From the sequence record MW250785: 64,000 nt of DNA; one strand, 5' to 3'. The DNA is from Escherichia phage UPEC03. The notes under the pieces are model-generated. The model was not told where the DNA came from and did not search any database. It worked only from the letters and a program-made list of their open reading frames with translations. Each line of letters begins with the position of its first letter. The first letter of the stretch is position 1. Made by a program: the position numbers and the translations under genes. This document shows positions 27,536 to 36,008 of the stretch, piece by piece.

Positions 27536-27961
27536 TTACATGTAACCCCAAATTGCATCTTCCGCGCGATCGCGTTTCCAGCGAATCGTCATTTCAACAC
27601 TCTCCTGTTTGTCATCAGGAGGAAGTTTATCATTATTGATTTGTTCAATATATGCTTGCGCATCTGCTTCGCTACGGAACAACGCATGGAAATTATAATG
27701 GTTGCGCCCAGTTACGTTACGATCATCCAGAGAGAATTGACCTTTATTTTCCCAATCATCATACACAGTGATTCCGTTAACAAACAGCCCCAGCCCACGA
27801 TGTTCACGCGGGAAGCCAGTGATGATATGTTTTCGACCCATCTGTGCCTTTTCACCAGTGATACTGATTACTTCGTACAGGATTGCGCCAGGTTTGATAT
27901 CTTTCAGGACAGCACGTTTTTCAAAAGCGTTCATAATGTATTCCTCACAATTAGTTTTCAT
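27536..27961 (-). CDS. Hypothetical protein (141 aa; start may be internal ATG)
   Basis: ORF with ATG start. Confidence 0.45.
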   Translation of the reverse strand: MKTNCEEYIMNAFEKRAVLKDIKPGAILYEVISITGEKAQMGRKHIITGFPREHRGLGLFVNGITVYDDWENKGQFSLDDRNVTGRNHYNFHALFRSEADAQAYIEQINNDKLPPDDKQESVEMTIRWKRDRAEDAIWGYM

Positions 27962-27989
27962 ATACAGATTACCACAATCTGTTTTGATG

Positions 27990-28310
27990 TCAACAAGGTC
28001 TATCGTTTTTATTTGGGAAAGTTAACTGGAACAGGCGATCGTGTAATCCCTCGATCCGCTCATACGCTTGTTTCAGGATCGTCTTATCTTCTGGGTTCGT
28101 TGTCTCGATACAGATCAGTTCGTCCGAGTCGATAGCGATCACATCATCCATCAGTGAAGCGAATACGTTCACGTCAGGGTGAGTCAATTCCTTTATCTCC
28201 GCTTCCATCCCGTCATGCTGGGATAACAGTTCGATGATATCGCGCTGTAGATCTCCCTGGTACGGGAATCCGGTTTGAAGATGGTTAATAATTCTTTCTG
28301 CTTTGGTCAT
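27990..28310 (-). CDS. Hypothetical acidic protein (106 aa)
   Basis: ATG preceded by AGGTG and a hairpin (28325-28345). Confidence 0.45.
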   Translation of the reverse strand: MTKAERIINHLQTGFPYQGDLQRDIIELLSQHDGMEAEIKELTHPDVNVFASLMDDVIAIDSDELICIETTNPEDKTILKQAYERIEGLHDRLFQLTFPNKNDRPC

Positions 28311-28347
28311 ATTTCACCTACAAAAAAAGCCCCTTTCGGGGCTGGGA

Positions 28348-28611
28348 TTAAATGTCTTTGCACTGGCAAACACCGTATTTGGTGAAAGGCTTGTCACCGC
28401 TCAGGTAAGACCAGAAATCGCAAGCCTGTTCAGCGGTTTCGAAGATTACAGCATCATAGAAGCCGTGTTCTTCGTTACCATCTTTATTGAGGAACACAGG
28501 AAGCCAGCTTTGCGGTTTGAAGCAGTCAGTAACAACTACCCAACCTTCTTTCGCTTTCATTGCTTCTTTGTTCGCTTCAACCATTTCCAGCATTTCGTTC
28601 AGTAAGTTCAT
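28348..28611 (-). CDS. Hypothetical protein (87 aa)
   Basis: ORF with ATG start. Confidence 0.45.
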   Translation of the reverse strand: MNLLNEMLEMVEANKEAMKAKEGWVVVTDCFKPQSWLPVFLNKDGNEEHGFYDAVIFETAEQACDFWSYLSGDKPFTKYGVCQCKDI

Positions 28612-28683
28612 TTCAATCCCCTTGTTTATCTGTTTCGTTGTCTACGAGAGAGATATTATCACAACGGGGATTAGTGTCAACAG

Positions 28684-28947
28684 TTATTCGAAACGAATTG
28701 TGCTATTTTTGAAAAACATTCCAGAGCACACAGATCCTTTGATCTGCTTGCCGTTCACACCAGTTGCTTCGAATCCGGTTGAGTATGTGTCTTTTTCAGA
28801 ACATGCAAACCACTTGTAACCCGTGAACTGGATGTTCGTATAACCCTGTGCTTCCAGGATACGCTGTGCCTCTTTCTCGTCAGTACAGCTTGACTGCAAG
28901 AACACAACAACGACAACCATCAAAATACACACAACAATTTTCCACAT
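28684..28947 (-). CDS. Small secreted/lipoprotein-like protein (87 aa)
   Basis: Hydrophobic N-terminus IVVCILMVVVVVFLQSSC with a lipobox-like Cys. Confidence 0.45.
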   Translation of the reverse strand: MWKIVVCILMVVVVVFLQSSCTDEKEAQRILEAQGYTNIQFTGYKWFACSEKDTYSTGFEATGVNGKQIKGSVCSGMFFKNSTIRFE

Positions 28948-28950
28948 AAT

Positions 28951-29379
28951 TTATACTCTTTTAAGGTTAGTTTTGCTGGCTTCGATCCAGCTTACTTGGT
29001 TAGATCCAATATCACCCAGACATACAGTTGTATGACTAAATGTGTTCGGTAAAGAAACACCATCAGGAGATAACAACAAATCATGTACACTTACGCTGGT
29101 TGCATACAAATAACCACCGGACGTATACAGTGTTTTTATGAAATCATATGAATCGTTGGGCCACTTGAAACGGTATTTCTGGTTCCAGAGTTCAACTTCA
29201 TGCACATCATATTCATCGAACAGGGGATCGTTGCCCTTTGTCGCTTCGTAAAGCGCACCGCGCCATTCAACTAAATCCGCTTCGATATCACTTACACAAA
29301 ACTCTTCTTTTGCGCTCAGTTTATCAAGCATCATTTCAATAGTGCGGATAGCCATGCTTAATTCACGATCGAGTTTCAT
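28951..29379 (-). CDS. Hypothetical protein (142 aa)
   Basis: Internal ATG at 29379 gives an ATGA overlap with the upstream gene. Confidence 0.45.
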   Translation of the reverse strand: MKLDRELSMAIRTIEMMLDKLSAKEEFCVSDIEADLVEWRGALYEATKGNDPLFDEYDVHEVELWNQKYRFKWPNDSYDFIKTLYTSGGYLYATSVSVHDLLLSPDGVSLPNTFSHTTVCLGDIGSNQVSWIEASKTNLKRV

Positions 29380-29738
29380 ACAATACCCTCTTCTTCGAGC
29401 ACTTCCCAGATCAGGCGATCCAGGTGCATCAGGTTCCACATAACGGAGTCATACGAACCCAGCGAGCGGGAGTAAATCACTCCCCATGAACGATAAGCCT
29501 TTTGGAATGATTCAGCACTGTTTTCATCGTGCGGCATATCGTCACCCGAAGCGATCAGCAGTTTCAGAACCATCAGGCTATTGAGTGCCTTTGGTGTGAA
29601 TTCCTGTTCGCTTAACTTCATCGCGTAGCGTTCGATGATCGCGATTGACTTCGGATCTTTAATACGCCCATCTGTACGGCGCGTTTTAAACGCTCTCATT
29701 AATTCATCAACTACGGCGGTACACTTCATATGCTTCAT
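29376..29738 (-). CDS. Hypothetical protein (about 120 aa)
   Basis: Start placed at internal ATG (29738 or 29729); still overlaps upstream gene by 23-32 nt. Confidence 0.4.
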   Translation of the reverse strand: MKHMKCTAVVDELMRAFKTRRTDGRIKDPKSIAIIERYAMKLSEQEFTPKALNSLMVLKLLIASGDDMPHDENSAESFQKAYRSWGVIYSRSLGSYDSVMWNLMHLDRLIWEVLEEEGIV

Positions 29739-30084
29739 CCTTTTCCTGTACAGACATCCGATTATAGCGGATCTCTTCGCGCTGTTCAACTTCTCTCACT
29801 GCTTCGGCTTTCTTTTCAGCGGTGAGTATGTGATGTACTACAGCGTTTCGGATTTCCCAGAGATATTCAATCATCTGCATATCTTCAACGGTGTGGTAGC
29901 CTTTCATATCACATTCAAATACAATTTCATCGCGTTCTGCCATTGCCACCTGTGCGGTAGAAGGACAAATAACCATTCCAGAGTATTTTTCAATCAACGA
30001 TTCCAGTGTACGCGGTTTTGCTGGAATGTCAATAGATACCGGAACCATTCGCATCGTTGAATCATTATGGGATTGGTAAATCAT
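29707..30084 (-). CDS. Hypothetical protein (125 aa)
   Basis: ORF coupled to upstream gene. Confidence 0.45.
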   Translation of the reverse strand: MIYQSHNDSTMRMVPVSIDIPAKPRTLESLIEKYSGMVICPSTAQVAMAERDEIVFECDMKGYHTVEDMQMIEYLWEIRNAVVHHILTAEKKAEAVREVEQREEIRYNRMSVQEKDEAYEVYRRS

Positions 30085-30377
30085 CAGAATGTGATCTCCG
30101 CAAACTGCATTCTACGCTCAATCGCATGGATAGCGTTATCACGCTGTTCTTTGTTTTCATATCCAGCCCAGGTAATCGGAGTTGAACAGATCAGGTGAAA
30201 AGTGATTGCTGGGTGTCTCTTCCCTTCAACAACGATTGTTGCATCATCTTCGATCCAGGTTACGTGATCCAGATTCACCGGATAGTTTCTTACGGTAACA
30301 GTTTCACCAACCATAGGCGACACGTCCAGAATATCACGATCACGAACGTATGATTTAATACGAGATACGATTAACAT
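30084..30377 (-). CDS. Hypothetical protein (97 aa)
   Basis: 1-nt overlap with the upstream large gene. Confidence 0.45.
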   Translation of the reverse strand: MLIVSRIKSYVRDRDILDVSPMVGETVTVRNYPVNLDHVTWIEDDATIVVEGKRHPAITFHLICSTPITWAGYENKEQRDNAIHAIERRMQFAEITF

Positions 30378-31531
30378 TATTTCAACTCCACTGCATATAC
30401 ATCGGTTTCAGGGGCTTTGTGTACGCGCATATCTTTACCACATACCGCATAAGCCGGACAGTTACGGCAACCGTTATGATCCTTGTTGCCCGTCAGTTCT
30501 TTACGGAACTGTTTTGTTTTCGGGTGTTCCCAGATATCCTTCACAAAATCTTCGGCTTCCAGAACATCCAGACCTTCTTCCCAGCCACCTTCAACCCAAC
30601 GTTCGGTAAACGAGCAAGGGAAGAACTGACCACGTTCATTAATGTAAGAGCTAAACATCGTCGCTTCACAGTCTTCGGCGTATTGCTTGTACTGTTCGAA
30701 GTTCGGGTGTCCCTCCATCGCTTCAACGAAAGCGGGGGCTGAACAGCTATCGAATCCAAATCCTACACCAGAATCGAGGCAATATTCAACAAGTTTTTTA
30801 TATTGTTCGCGGGTAACGGTGTCCCAGTTCTTACCGCGTCCTTTTTGTTTCAGTCCCAGGAACACGATCGCGTTGACTTGTTTCAGGCGCGGATCATTCT
30901 TCACGGCATCAACCACGTTAAACGCATCATCATAGGTTTTCGAGCTAACCATGAAGTGAAGGTTGATTTGCTGTTGTCCGGCTTCTGTCAGGTTCGCTAC
31001 TGAGTCGAAAGCGACATCAAAACCAGCGTGTTTATAAACCGATACCGCAACAGCCCCAGCAACCGCCGCTAAACGCGCTGCAACGTCTTTTGATACGTCA
31101 GCAATGGTAAGGTTCGGTACAATGCCTTTAGAACGCGCATACGCCATCATATCGAACATATCAGGGTTTGTTTGCCCCTGTGCATCAGCACCGAGTGCGC
31201 ATTGAGTCAGCCAGGGCATTTTGTCGATGATTTTTTTGAAGTTGGCAAGATCCATGTTGAACCCGTTAGGGTTATTGGACTTGTAGCAGAACCCGCAGAG
31301 TTTACCAGCGGGACCATTACATTTGGTAGTGATCTCAACATCCAAGATTTCTGGGAATGGGGCATAGGTAGGATCAGTTTCGAACGATGTTCCCCAGCGA
31401 GCAAACTCACCAGTTTTAACGTTGAAATTGTAGTTGTACCAATTAGAGCGAGCGAAGCGCATATTACCCTGCTGGTAAATCATTAGCGAAGGGGCTTTCA
31501 TTACAGTCTGTGCGCGGTCAATAATATCCAT
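30377..31531 (-). CDS. Cys-rich protein, radical-SAM/SPASM-like (tentative; non-canonical Cx7CxFC)
   Basis: N-terminal CNGPAGKLCGFCY (aromatic residue before the third Cys); C-terminal CRNCPAYAVCG cluster; 384 aa. Confidence 0.4.
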   Translation of the reverse strand: MDIIDRAQTVMKAPSLMIYQQGNMRFARSNWYNYNFNVKTGEFARWGTSFETDPTYAPFPEILDVEITTKCNGPAGKLCGFCYKSNNPNGFNMDLANFKKIIDKMPWLTQCALGADAQGQTNPDMFDMMAYARSKGIVPNLTIADVSKDVAARLAAVAGAVAVSVYKHAGFDVAFDSVANLTEAGQQQINLHFMVSSKTYDDAFNVVDAVKNDPRLKQVNAIVFLGLKQKGRGKNWDTVTREQYKKLVEYCLDSGVGFGFDSCSAPAFVEAMEGHPNFEQYKQYAEDCEATMFSSYINERGQFFPCSFTERWVEGGWEEGLDVLEAEDFVKDIWEHPKTKQFRKELTGNKDHNGCRNCPAYAVCGKDMRVHKAPETDVYAVELK

Positions 31532-31542
31532 GTATATAGTTC

Positions 31543-31749
31543 TCAGAATTTAATGTGGGATTGGAAAACAGCACGAGCAAGTGTTTCGCTATCGAACGGG
31601 ATTGATGTTCCCTGGTCTTTGCTGTCAATGTTAACGCGCCAGAACTCACTAGACCCGTTTTTGGTGGAGTAATGCATCAGCGTTACCGTCTTATTCTTTT
31701 CCAGGAAGGTGCGTTTATCAATCTCTGTTTTTATTTCGTGCTGCATCAT
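31543..31749 (-). CDS. Hypothetical protein (68 aa)
   Basis: Coupled small ORF; weak similarity to ORF 32073-32273. Confidence 0.4.
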   Translation of the reverse strand: MMQHEIKTEIDKRTFLEKNKTVTLMHYSTKNGSSEFWRVNIDSKDQGTSIPFDSETLARAVFQSHIKF

Positions 31750-32006
31750 TTTACACTCCGTTTCAGTTTACGTTCGTCAGCCAGTTCTTTTTTGTACGTT
31801 TTGATGTACTTCCCGTTAAGGATGCGAAGCTGTTGGAAAACTTTGTTGCACAAAGCACGTTTTGCTTTGTATTCCTGCGTATTACGGATTGATTCGACCG
31901 TCATACCCATTTCGTTTTTAGGGTACGCGCTCAACTCCCTGCCGATCTCTCTGTGCCAGTTGCTTAACTGATCACGCTGTGCTTTGTACTCTTCAAAAGT
32001 TAACAT
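31746..32006 (-). CDS. Hypothetical basic protein (86 aa)
   Basis: Coupled small ORF. Confidence 0.4.
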   Translation of the reverse strand: MLTFEEYKAQRDQLSNWHREIGRELSAYPKNEMGMTVESIRNTQEYKAKRALCNKVFQQLRILNGKYIKTYKKELADERKLKRSVK

Positions 32007-32072
32007 AACAATCTCCGGTTTCGTTTCTATGTGTGTAAGGTATCATTACCCTACACACAACGCAAGCGATTT

Positions 32073-32273
32073 TTATTTTCCGTAAAGAACACAATATTCT
32101 TTATATTTTTCACGGGCTTTTTCTTCATTACTAAAGGAAACTCCCATTCCAAAATCAGAACCTTCGAACGTAACATCCCACGATTCATACCCATCTTCCG
32201 AATAATAGGAAAGTGTTATTTTACGATCTTCAAGAACAAGTTGTTCAACAACAATATCAATTTCAGTAGTCAT
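32073..32273 (-). CDS. Hypothetical protein (66 aa)
   Basis: ATG overlaps upstream small ORF stop (ATGA). Confidence 0.4.
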   Translation of the reverse strand: MTTEIDIVVEQLVLEDRKITLSYYSEDGYESWDVTFEGSDFGMGVSFSNEEKAREKYKEYCVLYGK

Positions 32274-32416
32274 AGTTCATTTCCATAATCTTTTGCTGCA
32301 TCTTCGGGGGTTGCGTCCAGTCGGTAAAGCTCAACGGCTAACGGACTGGGTTTGATTTCGCGGTTCAGGATCTCACTGATACCGCGAAGGAATTCGATAT
32401 AAGGACGGAATCTCAT
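32270..32416 (-). CDS. Small ORF (48 aa, not in ORF track)
   Basis: MRFRPYIEFLRGISEILNREIK...; ATGA overlaps at both ends link it into the coupled chain. Confidence 0.35.
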   Translation of the reverse strand: MRFRPYIEFLRGISEILNREIKPSPLAVELYRLDATPEDAAKDYGNEL

Positions 32417-32664
32417 TTGATACGTACCGCGTTAAAAGCCTGGTTGCGCAGTTCATAAGCCTGTTCAAGCTGTTCTGTAGTGAACAGAGGACTATCGGTG
32501 TTAGTGGTGAAACTGCAAATGGTTTTGTTGTCGGCGTTAACTTCTTCAACAACGATTTCATAACCCCAGATCCCGCTGTACTCACATTTCACGTTACGGT
32601 ACTTGATGTAAACCGCAGCAACATCTTCTTTTTTGTAGTTCCGGCTTTTGTAGATGATTTCCAT
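32413..32664 (-). CDS. Hypothetical protein (84 aa)
   Basis: ATG at 32664 with AAGGAGGA SD; the listed ORF extends upstream through the conserved leader. Confidence 0.5.
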   Translation of the reverse strand: MEIIYKSRNYKKEDVAAVYIKYRNVKCEYSGIWGYEIVVEEVNADNKTICSFTTNTDSPLFTTEQLEQAYELRNQAFNAVRIK

Positions 32665-32730
32665 GATATCCTCCTTCGTTTCGATGTGTGTAATATAACA
32701 AAACCCCTCACCATAGACAAGGGGTTTCTT
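32665..32730 (-). promoter_or_regulatory. Terminator-promoter-leader module (copy 4 of 6)
   Basis: Minus strand AAACCCC-TTGTCT-N17-TATATTA-CACACATCGAAACGAAGGAGG-ATG. Confidence 0.5.
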
Positions 32731-32746
32731 TAACAAAAAGTGCTAT

Positions 32747-33349
32747 TTAATAGTATCCAGGATCTTTGAAGTGTGCTTTCATATATCGCAGAATTTCACG
32801 CAACATCTGGGTTTGCTCATGTCCACACTGTGAAGCCATATCGATCATGACGCGAGTCATTTCGACGTTCTCCAAGCTGGTTATACGCTGTTTTAAGGCT
32901 TTGTTTTCCTCTTCCAACTCAACCATACGGTCATATGCTTTGATGCGCTCCAAAGGCATATCAGGGCGCTGTTTGAGGACACGGGCGCGTGACACTTCGC
33001 ATTCGTGATTTGCTTTCCAGTGATCACGTTCACCAGCAATTTTATCATTCTCCTGGTGTAGACGTACAATCTCTTTAAGGAGGCGTTCAGTGGTATCGGG
33101 ATCAAACGAAACCATGTATTGCATCAGGGATTGCAACCACAGATCCTCTTGTACCGCCTGTAACGCTTTAGGCCCAATAATGGTAAACTCGCGTTTCTTC
33201 ATGTTGCTACCGCAACCGTAGTTAACGTTACCCGCAATCGAACCTGGTTGATTAGTACCATCCCATTTGTCACCGATAACAGGTTTTACTTGCTGAATAG
33301 CACGATTCAGCATTTCGAATTCTTCATCTAAAATCATTTCATATCCCAT
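32747..33349 (-). CDS. Hypothetical protein with coiled-coil region (200 aa)
   Basis: ORF with ATG start. Confidence 0.5.
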   Translation of the reverse strand: MGYEMILDEEFEMLNRAIQQVKPVIGDKWDGTNQPGSIAGNVNYGCGSNMKKREFTIIGPKALQAVQEDLWLQSLMQYMVSFDPDTTERLLKEIVRLHQENDKIAGERDHWKANHECEVSRARVLKQRPDMPLERIKAYDRMVELEEENKALKQRITSLENVEMTRVMIDMASQCGHEQTQMLREILRYMKAHFKDPGYY

Positions 33350-33738
33350 AATTCATATTGTGAGCGAAGGATAGCGTAAAGGCTACCGATATGGATTGTG
33401 TCTACCGGACACTGGAAAAGATCCCCGCGCATCATGTTAAACTCGATATCGTTACGTTCAACATAGTTACCGATCATTGATGTCCAACCCATCACCAGGT
33501 TATAACCATCTTCTGATAACCCATAAGCCAGCCTAACCATGATACAACGCTTATCAGCCAGTTCTACGCGCATATGGGTACTGGTATGAGTGACCTTGTT
33601 CGGGAATCTGCGAAACATTTTAGTAAGGAGTTTGGCGGTTTCAATATTGAACGCCAGTTCTTGATCCTTACTGGTCTGGTTGTCATGACGGCGATTCAGA
33701 TACTTTTCCATTTTTGGGTTGAGATTCACATGTTGCAT
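33334..33738 (-). CDS. Hypothetical protein (134 aa)
   Basis: ORF with ATG start. Confidence 0.45.
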   Translation of the reverse strand: MQHVNLNPKMEKYLNRRHDNQTSKDQELAFNIETAKLLTKMFRRFPNKVTHTSTHMRVELADKRCIMVRLAYGLSEDGYNLVMGWTSMIGNYVERNDIEFNMMRGDLFQCPVDTIHIGSLYAILRSQYELWDMK

Positions 33739-33944
33739 AATATATTCCTCACAGGTTTAAAGCGTTCTTTTCCGGTTCCATTACATGAACTGCATTTCGG
33801 AGATCGGTCGCTATCATATCGCCCAGATCCATTACATGCAACACATTTCCGTAATTTCCAGCCATACACGAACCGCATATAATCGGTTCGTGCGGCCTTG
33901 CGTTCGTGGAAGTTCATACTTTGTTGTAAACCTGAACAACCCAC
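33726..33944 (-). CDS. Small DnaJ-type zinc-finger protein (CxxCxGxG x2)
   Basis: CVACNGSG and CSSCNGTG repeats. Confidence 0.45.
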   Translation of the reverse strand: MGCSGLQQSMNFHERKAARTDYMRFVYGWKLRKCVACNGSGRYDSDRSPKCSSCNGTGKERFKPVRNILCNM

Positions 33945-34117
33945 ATTTCGATGTTCGGTGAGTAAGTAACGTTCACCATCGGCATAGTGCGGTATTTGTA
34001 TGCGGCTTTGTACGCATCGAGTTCAGTCGGAACACAGAAAGAGAAACCGTTGTCATAACGTTCTGCGTTAGAAACTTCACAACCAACTACAGAAGCAATG
34101 TTTTTGTTCATGTTCAT
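33914..34117 (-). CDS. Hypothetical protein (67 aa)
   Basis: ATG at 34117 downstream of module copy 5; the listed ORF extends through the leader. Confidence 0.45.
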   Translation of the reverse strand: MNMNKNIASVVGCEVSNAERYDNGFSFCVPTELDAYKAAYKYRTMPMVNVTYSPNIEMWVVQVYNKV

Positions 34118-34119
34118 GA

Positions 34120-34195
34120 TGTTTTCCTTTCTCTGTTTCGTTTCGATGTGTGTAATATAACAAAGCCCCTGCATTGCTGCAAGGGCTTTTTTCAC
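34120..34195 (-). promoter_or_regulatory. Terminator-promoter-leader module (copy 5 of 6)
   Basis: Minus strand AAAAAAGCCC-TTGCAG-N17-TATATTA-CACACATCGAAAC. Confidence 0.5.
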
Positions 34196-34196
34196 T

Positions 34197-34505
34197 TTAA
34201 TCGAATTTTTCTGGCAACTGGTCTACAAGTGCTTGAGTTTGATGAAGTTCTTCACTCAATTTATCACGATAATGAACCAATTCGCGGGTTCTTGATGCGG
34301 AATAGCTAATGAGTTTATCAGCGGTAGCGGTGTAACCGTAACCAGCACACGCGATTTCCAGTTTTGCGTTATCGCCGTTAGGTACGCGGATATGAGCATA
34401 CGCCAGCAAGTTTTTAACCGCTTGCAACAGTTCATGATCTTCTTTGCCGATGATAAACTGGTTTGGTTCTGCTGAATCCATATACAGTTCTTCGTCTTTG
34501 TTCAT
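34197..34505 (-). CDS. Hypothetical protein (102 aa)
   Basis: ORF with ATG start. Confidence 0.45.
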   Translation of the reverse strand: MNKDEELYMDSAEPNQFIIGKEDHELLQAVKNLLAYAHIRVPNGDNAKLEIACAGYGYTATADKLISYSASRTRELVHYRDKLSEELHQTQALVDQLPEKFD

Positions 34506-35035
34506 TTTGCAGCCTTATACATTTCCAGGACGCGGTTCATGTGATCTTGAGATTGAGGCACACCCGCGAAGTTCAGTTTGATGAAGAATTCCAGACGATC
34601 CTTTTTGGTGCATTCATCCAGCCCCAGGGCAGGTAATGAAATGTTTTCAAAGGCTCGTTGTTCGTGTCGTGGTATTTCGTCCCAGAACAAACGGGAACCG
34701 TCCGGCATAGGAATCCCAATTTCACCTTCGTAGACTTTGATAATCGTCGTCAGGCGTTGTTTGCCGTCGATCACTTCTACCCAATGGGTTTCGTTGAACT
34801 GACTATCAACCGCGATCGCAATGATACCGCAAGGGAAACCACTGATCAGGGTAGTCAGAAACGCATCTTGCTCTTTCTGCGTCCACACATAGGGGCGCTG
34901 GTAAGATGGATTCAGATCCAGATCTTTATTCTTCCACCAATGCAGATAACTCCCAACCATGATCGCGTGATCGCGACTGCGAAAAGTTAACTGATCGCGG
35001 ATACGGTTATGAACCGGAATATCATCTTTAGACAT
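34502..35035 (-). CDS. DUF262 / ParB-like (GmrSD N-terminal-type) domain protein
   Basis: YQRPYVWTQKEQDAFLTTLISGFPCGIIAI and VIDGKQRLTTI (DGQQR-like) signatures; 177 aa, no nuclease domain attached. Confidence 0.65.
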   Translation of the reverse strand: MSKDDIPVHNRIRDQLTFRSRDHAIMVGSYLHWWKNKDLDLNPSYQRPYVWTQKEQDAFLTTLISGFPCGIIAIAVDSQFNETHWVEVIDGKQRLTTIIKVYEGEIGIPMPDGSRLFWDEIPRHEQRAFENISLPALGLDECTKKDRLEFFIKLNFAGVPQSQDHMNRVLEMYKAAK

Positions 35036-35357
35036 GATTCACCACCCAGCCCAACAAACCAGTATTGATAGCCGCAACGGTAAGGCAAATCACCGCCAAC
35101 ACCCGCGCGTTATGAACTTTGGTTTTCAGTTCTGCGATCTCCTGATCATTTTCACTTTCGAACTCTTCACGGGTTCCATAGTAACCAGGATCAGCAGCGG
35201 TTGCCGGACGAACTGCATCTTTTTCAACGATGGTTGCATAACCGCTCGTTACTTTCGTTGCTCCGTACCAGTCACCGCGATCGTTATTGATGATCAGGTG
35301 ATCACCCTTCGCGTTATGCTTCGACTTACCAATGACAACTACACGTTCACCATTCAT
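35028..35357 (-). CDS. Hypothetical protein with C-terminal TM helix (109 aa)
   Basis: C-terminal LAVICLTVAAINTGLLGWVV. Confidence 0.45.
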   Translation of the reverse strand: MNGERVVVIGKSKHNAKGDHLIINNDRGDWYGATKVTSGYATIVEKDAVRPATAADPGYYGTREEFESENDQEIAELKTKVHNARVLAVICLTVAAINTGLLGWVVNHV

Positions 35358-35364
35358 AATATAA

Positions 35365-35625
35365 TCACTCTTTCACGTTTTGTTGTAAGAACTCTAACAG
35401 CTTTCCTTCGGCCTGTAAAGCATAAAGTTTATTCAGCTTTGCGATATTTTCAAAGTCTGATTTTTCGCTGAACGACCAGACCCCATCATCGGAAACCAGC
35501 GCACCGATTGATACGCCAGTTTCAGGATCACGCGTCAACGCCAGCCCCAGGGGATGCAGGATATCTTTATTGATTTTCCAAATCAGCCCCAATTGAGATA
35601 AGGTGTTGAAATCAACGTGACTCAT
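35365..35625 (-). CDS. Hypothetical protein (86 aa)
   Basis: ORF with ATG start. Confidence 0.4.
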   Translation of the reverse strand: MSHVDFNTLSQLGLIWKINKDILHPLGLALTRDPETGVSIGALVSDDGVWSFSEKSDFENIAKLNKLYALQAEGKLLEFLQQNVKE

Positions 35626-36008
35626 TTAGGCAATGCCCCGAAAGACAGCAGCCCCATACGATGATCGTTATCTGATTCACCAGTGCTGAATTCAAATTCT
35701 TCACCGCTGATACTGATAGCGCGGAAACCGTCTTTCAGGTATGGCAACAGATACAGAGGGATCAGCATCATGTTTGAATCGTCGCTCCACTTACGGAAGC
35801 CCAGATTTTTCATTTCTTCCAGCGTCAAATCATTCGGATCGACGGGTTCGAAATCAGGGGAAGCGTAAAGGCGTCCAGGCAGATCGCGAATATTTTTCAC
35901 GGTGAATGAATCACCCCAGGACTGATACACGGTAGGTTCAGCGGCGCGGGTTGCGGTAGCCAGGAGGATCATTTGACAGATTTGAAAAGTTGTTGCTTTT
36001 GGTTTCAT
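35622..36008 (-). CDS. Secreted protein (128 aa)
   Basis: Signal-peptide-like N-terminus ICQMILLATATRAA. Confidence 0.45.
   Translation of the reverse strand: MKPKATTFQICQMILLATATRAAEPTVYQSWGDSFTVKNIRDLPGRLYASPDFEPVDPNDLTLEEMKNLGFRKWSDDSNMMLIPLYLLPYLKDGFRAISISGEEFEFSTGESDNDHRMGLLSFGALPK

Noticed and set aside
27494-28135. 213-aa plus-strand ORF (also 17437-17976, 9318-9872, 8377-8814, 35034-35471 and other plus-strand ORFs inside the minus-strand block)
   Set aside because: They lie antisense to well-supported minus-strand genes (endolysin-adjacent genes, prohibitin, vWA), have no SD and low-complexity translations; treated as shadow ORFs
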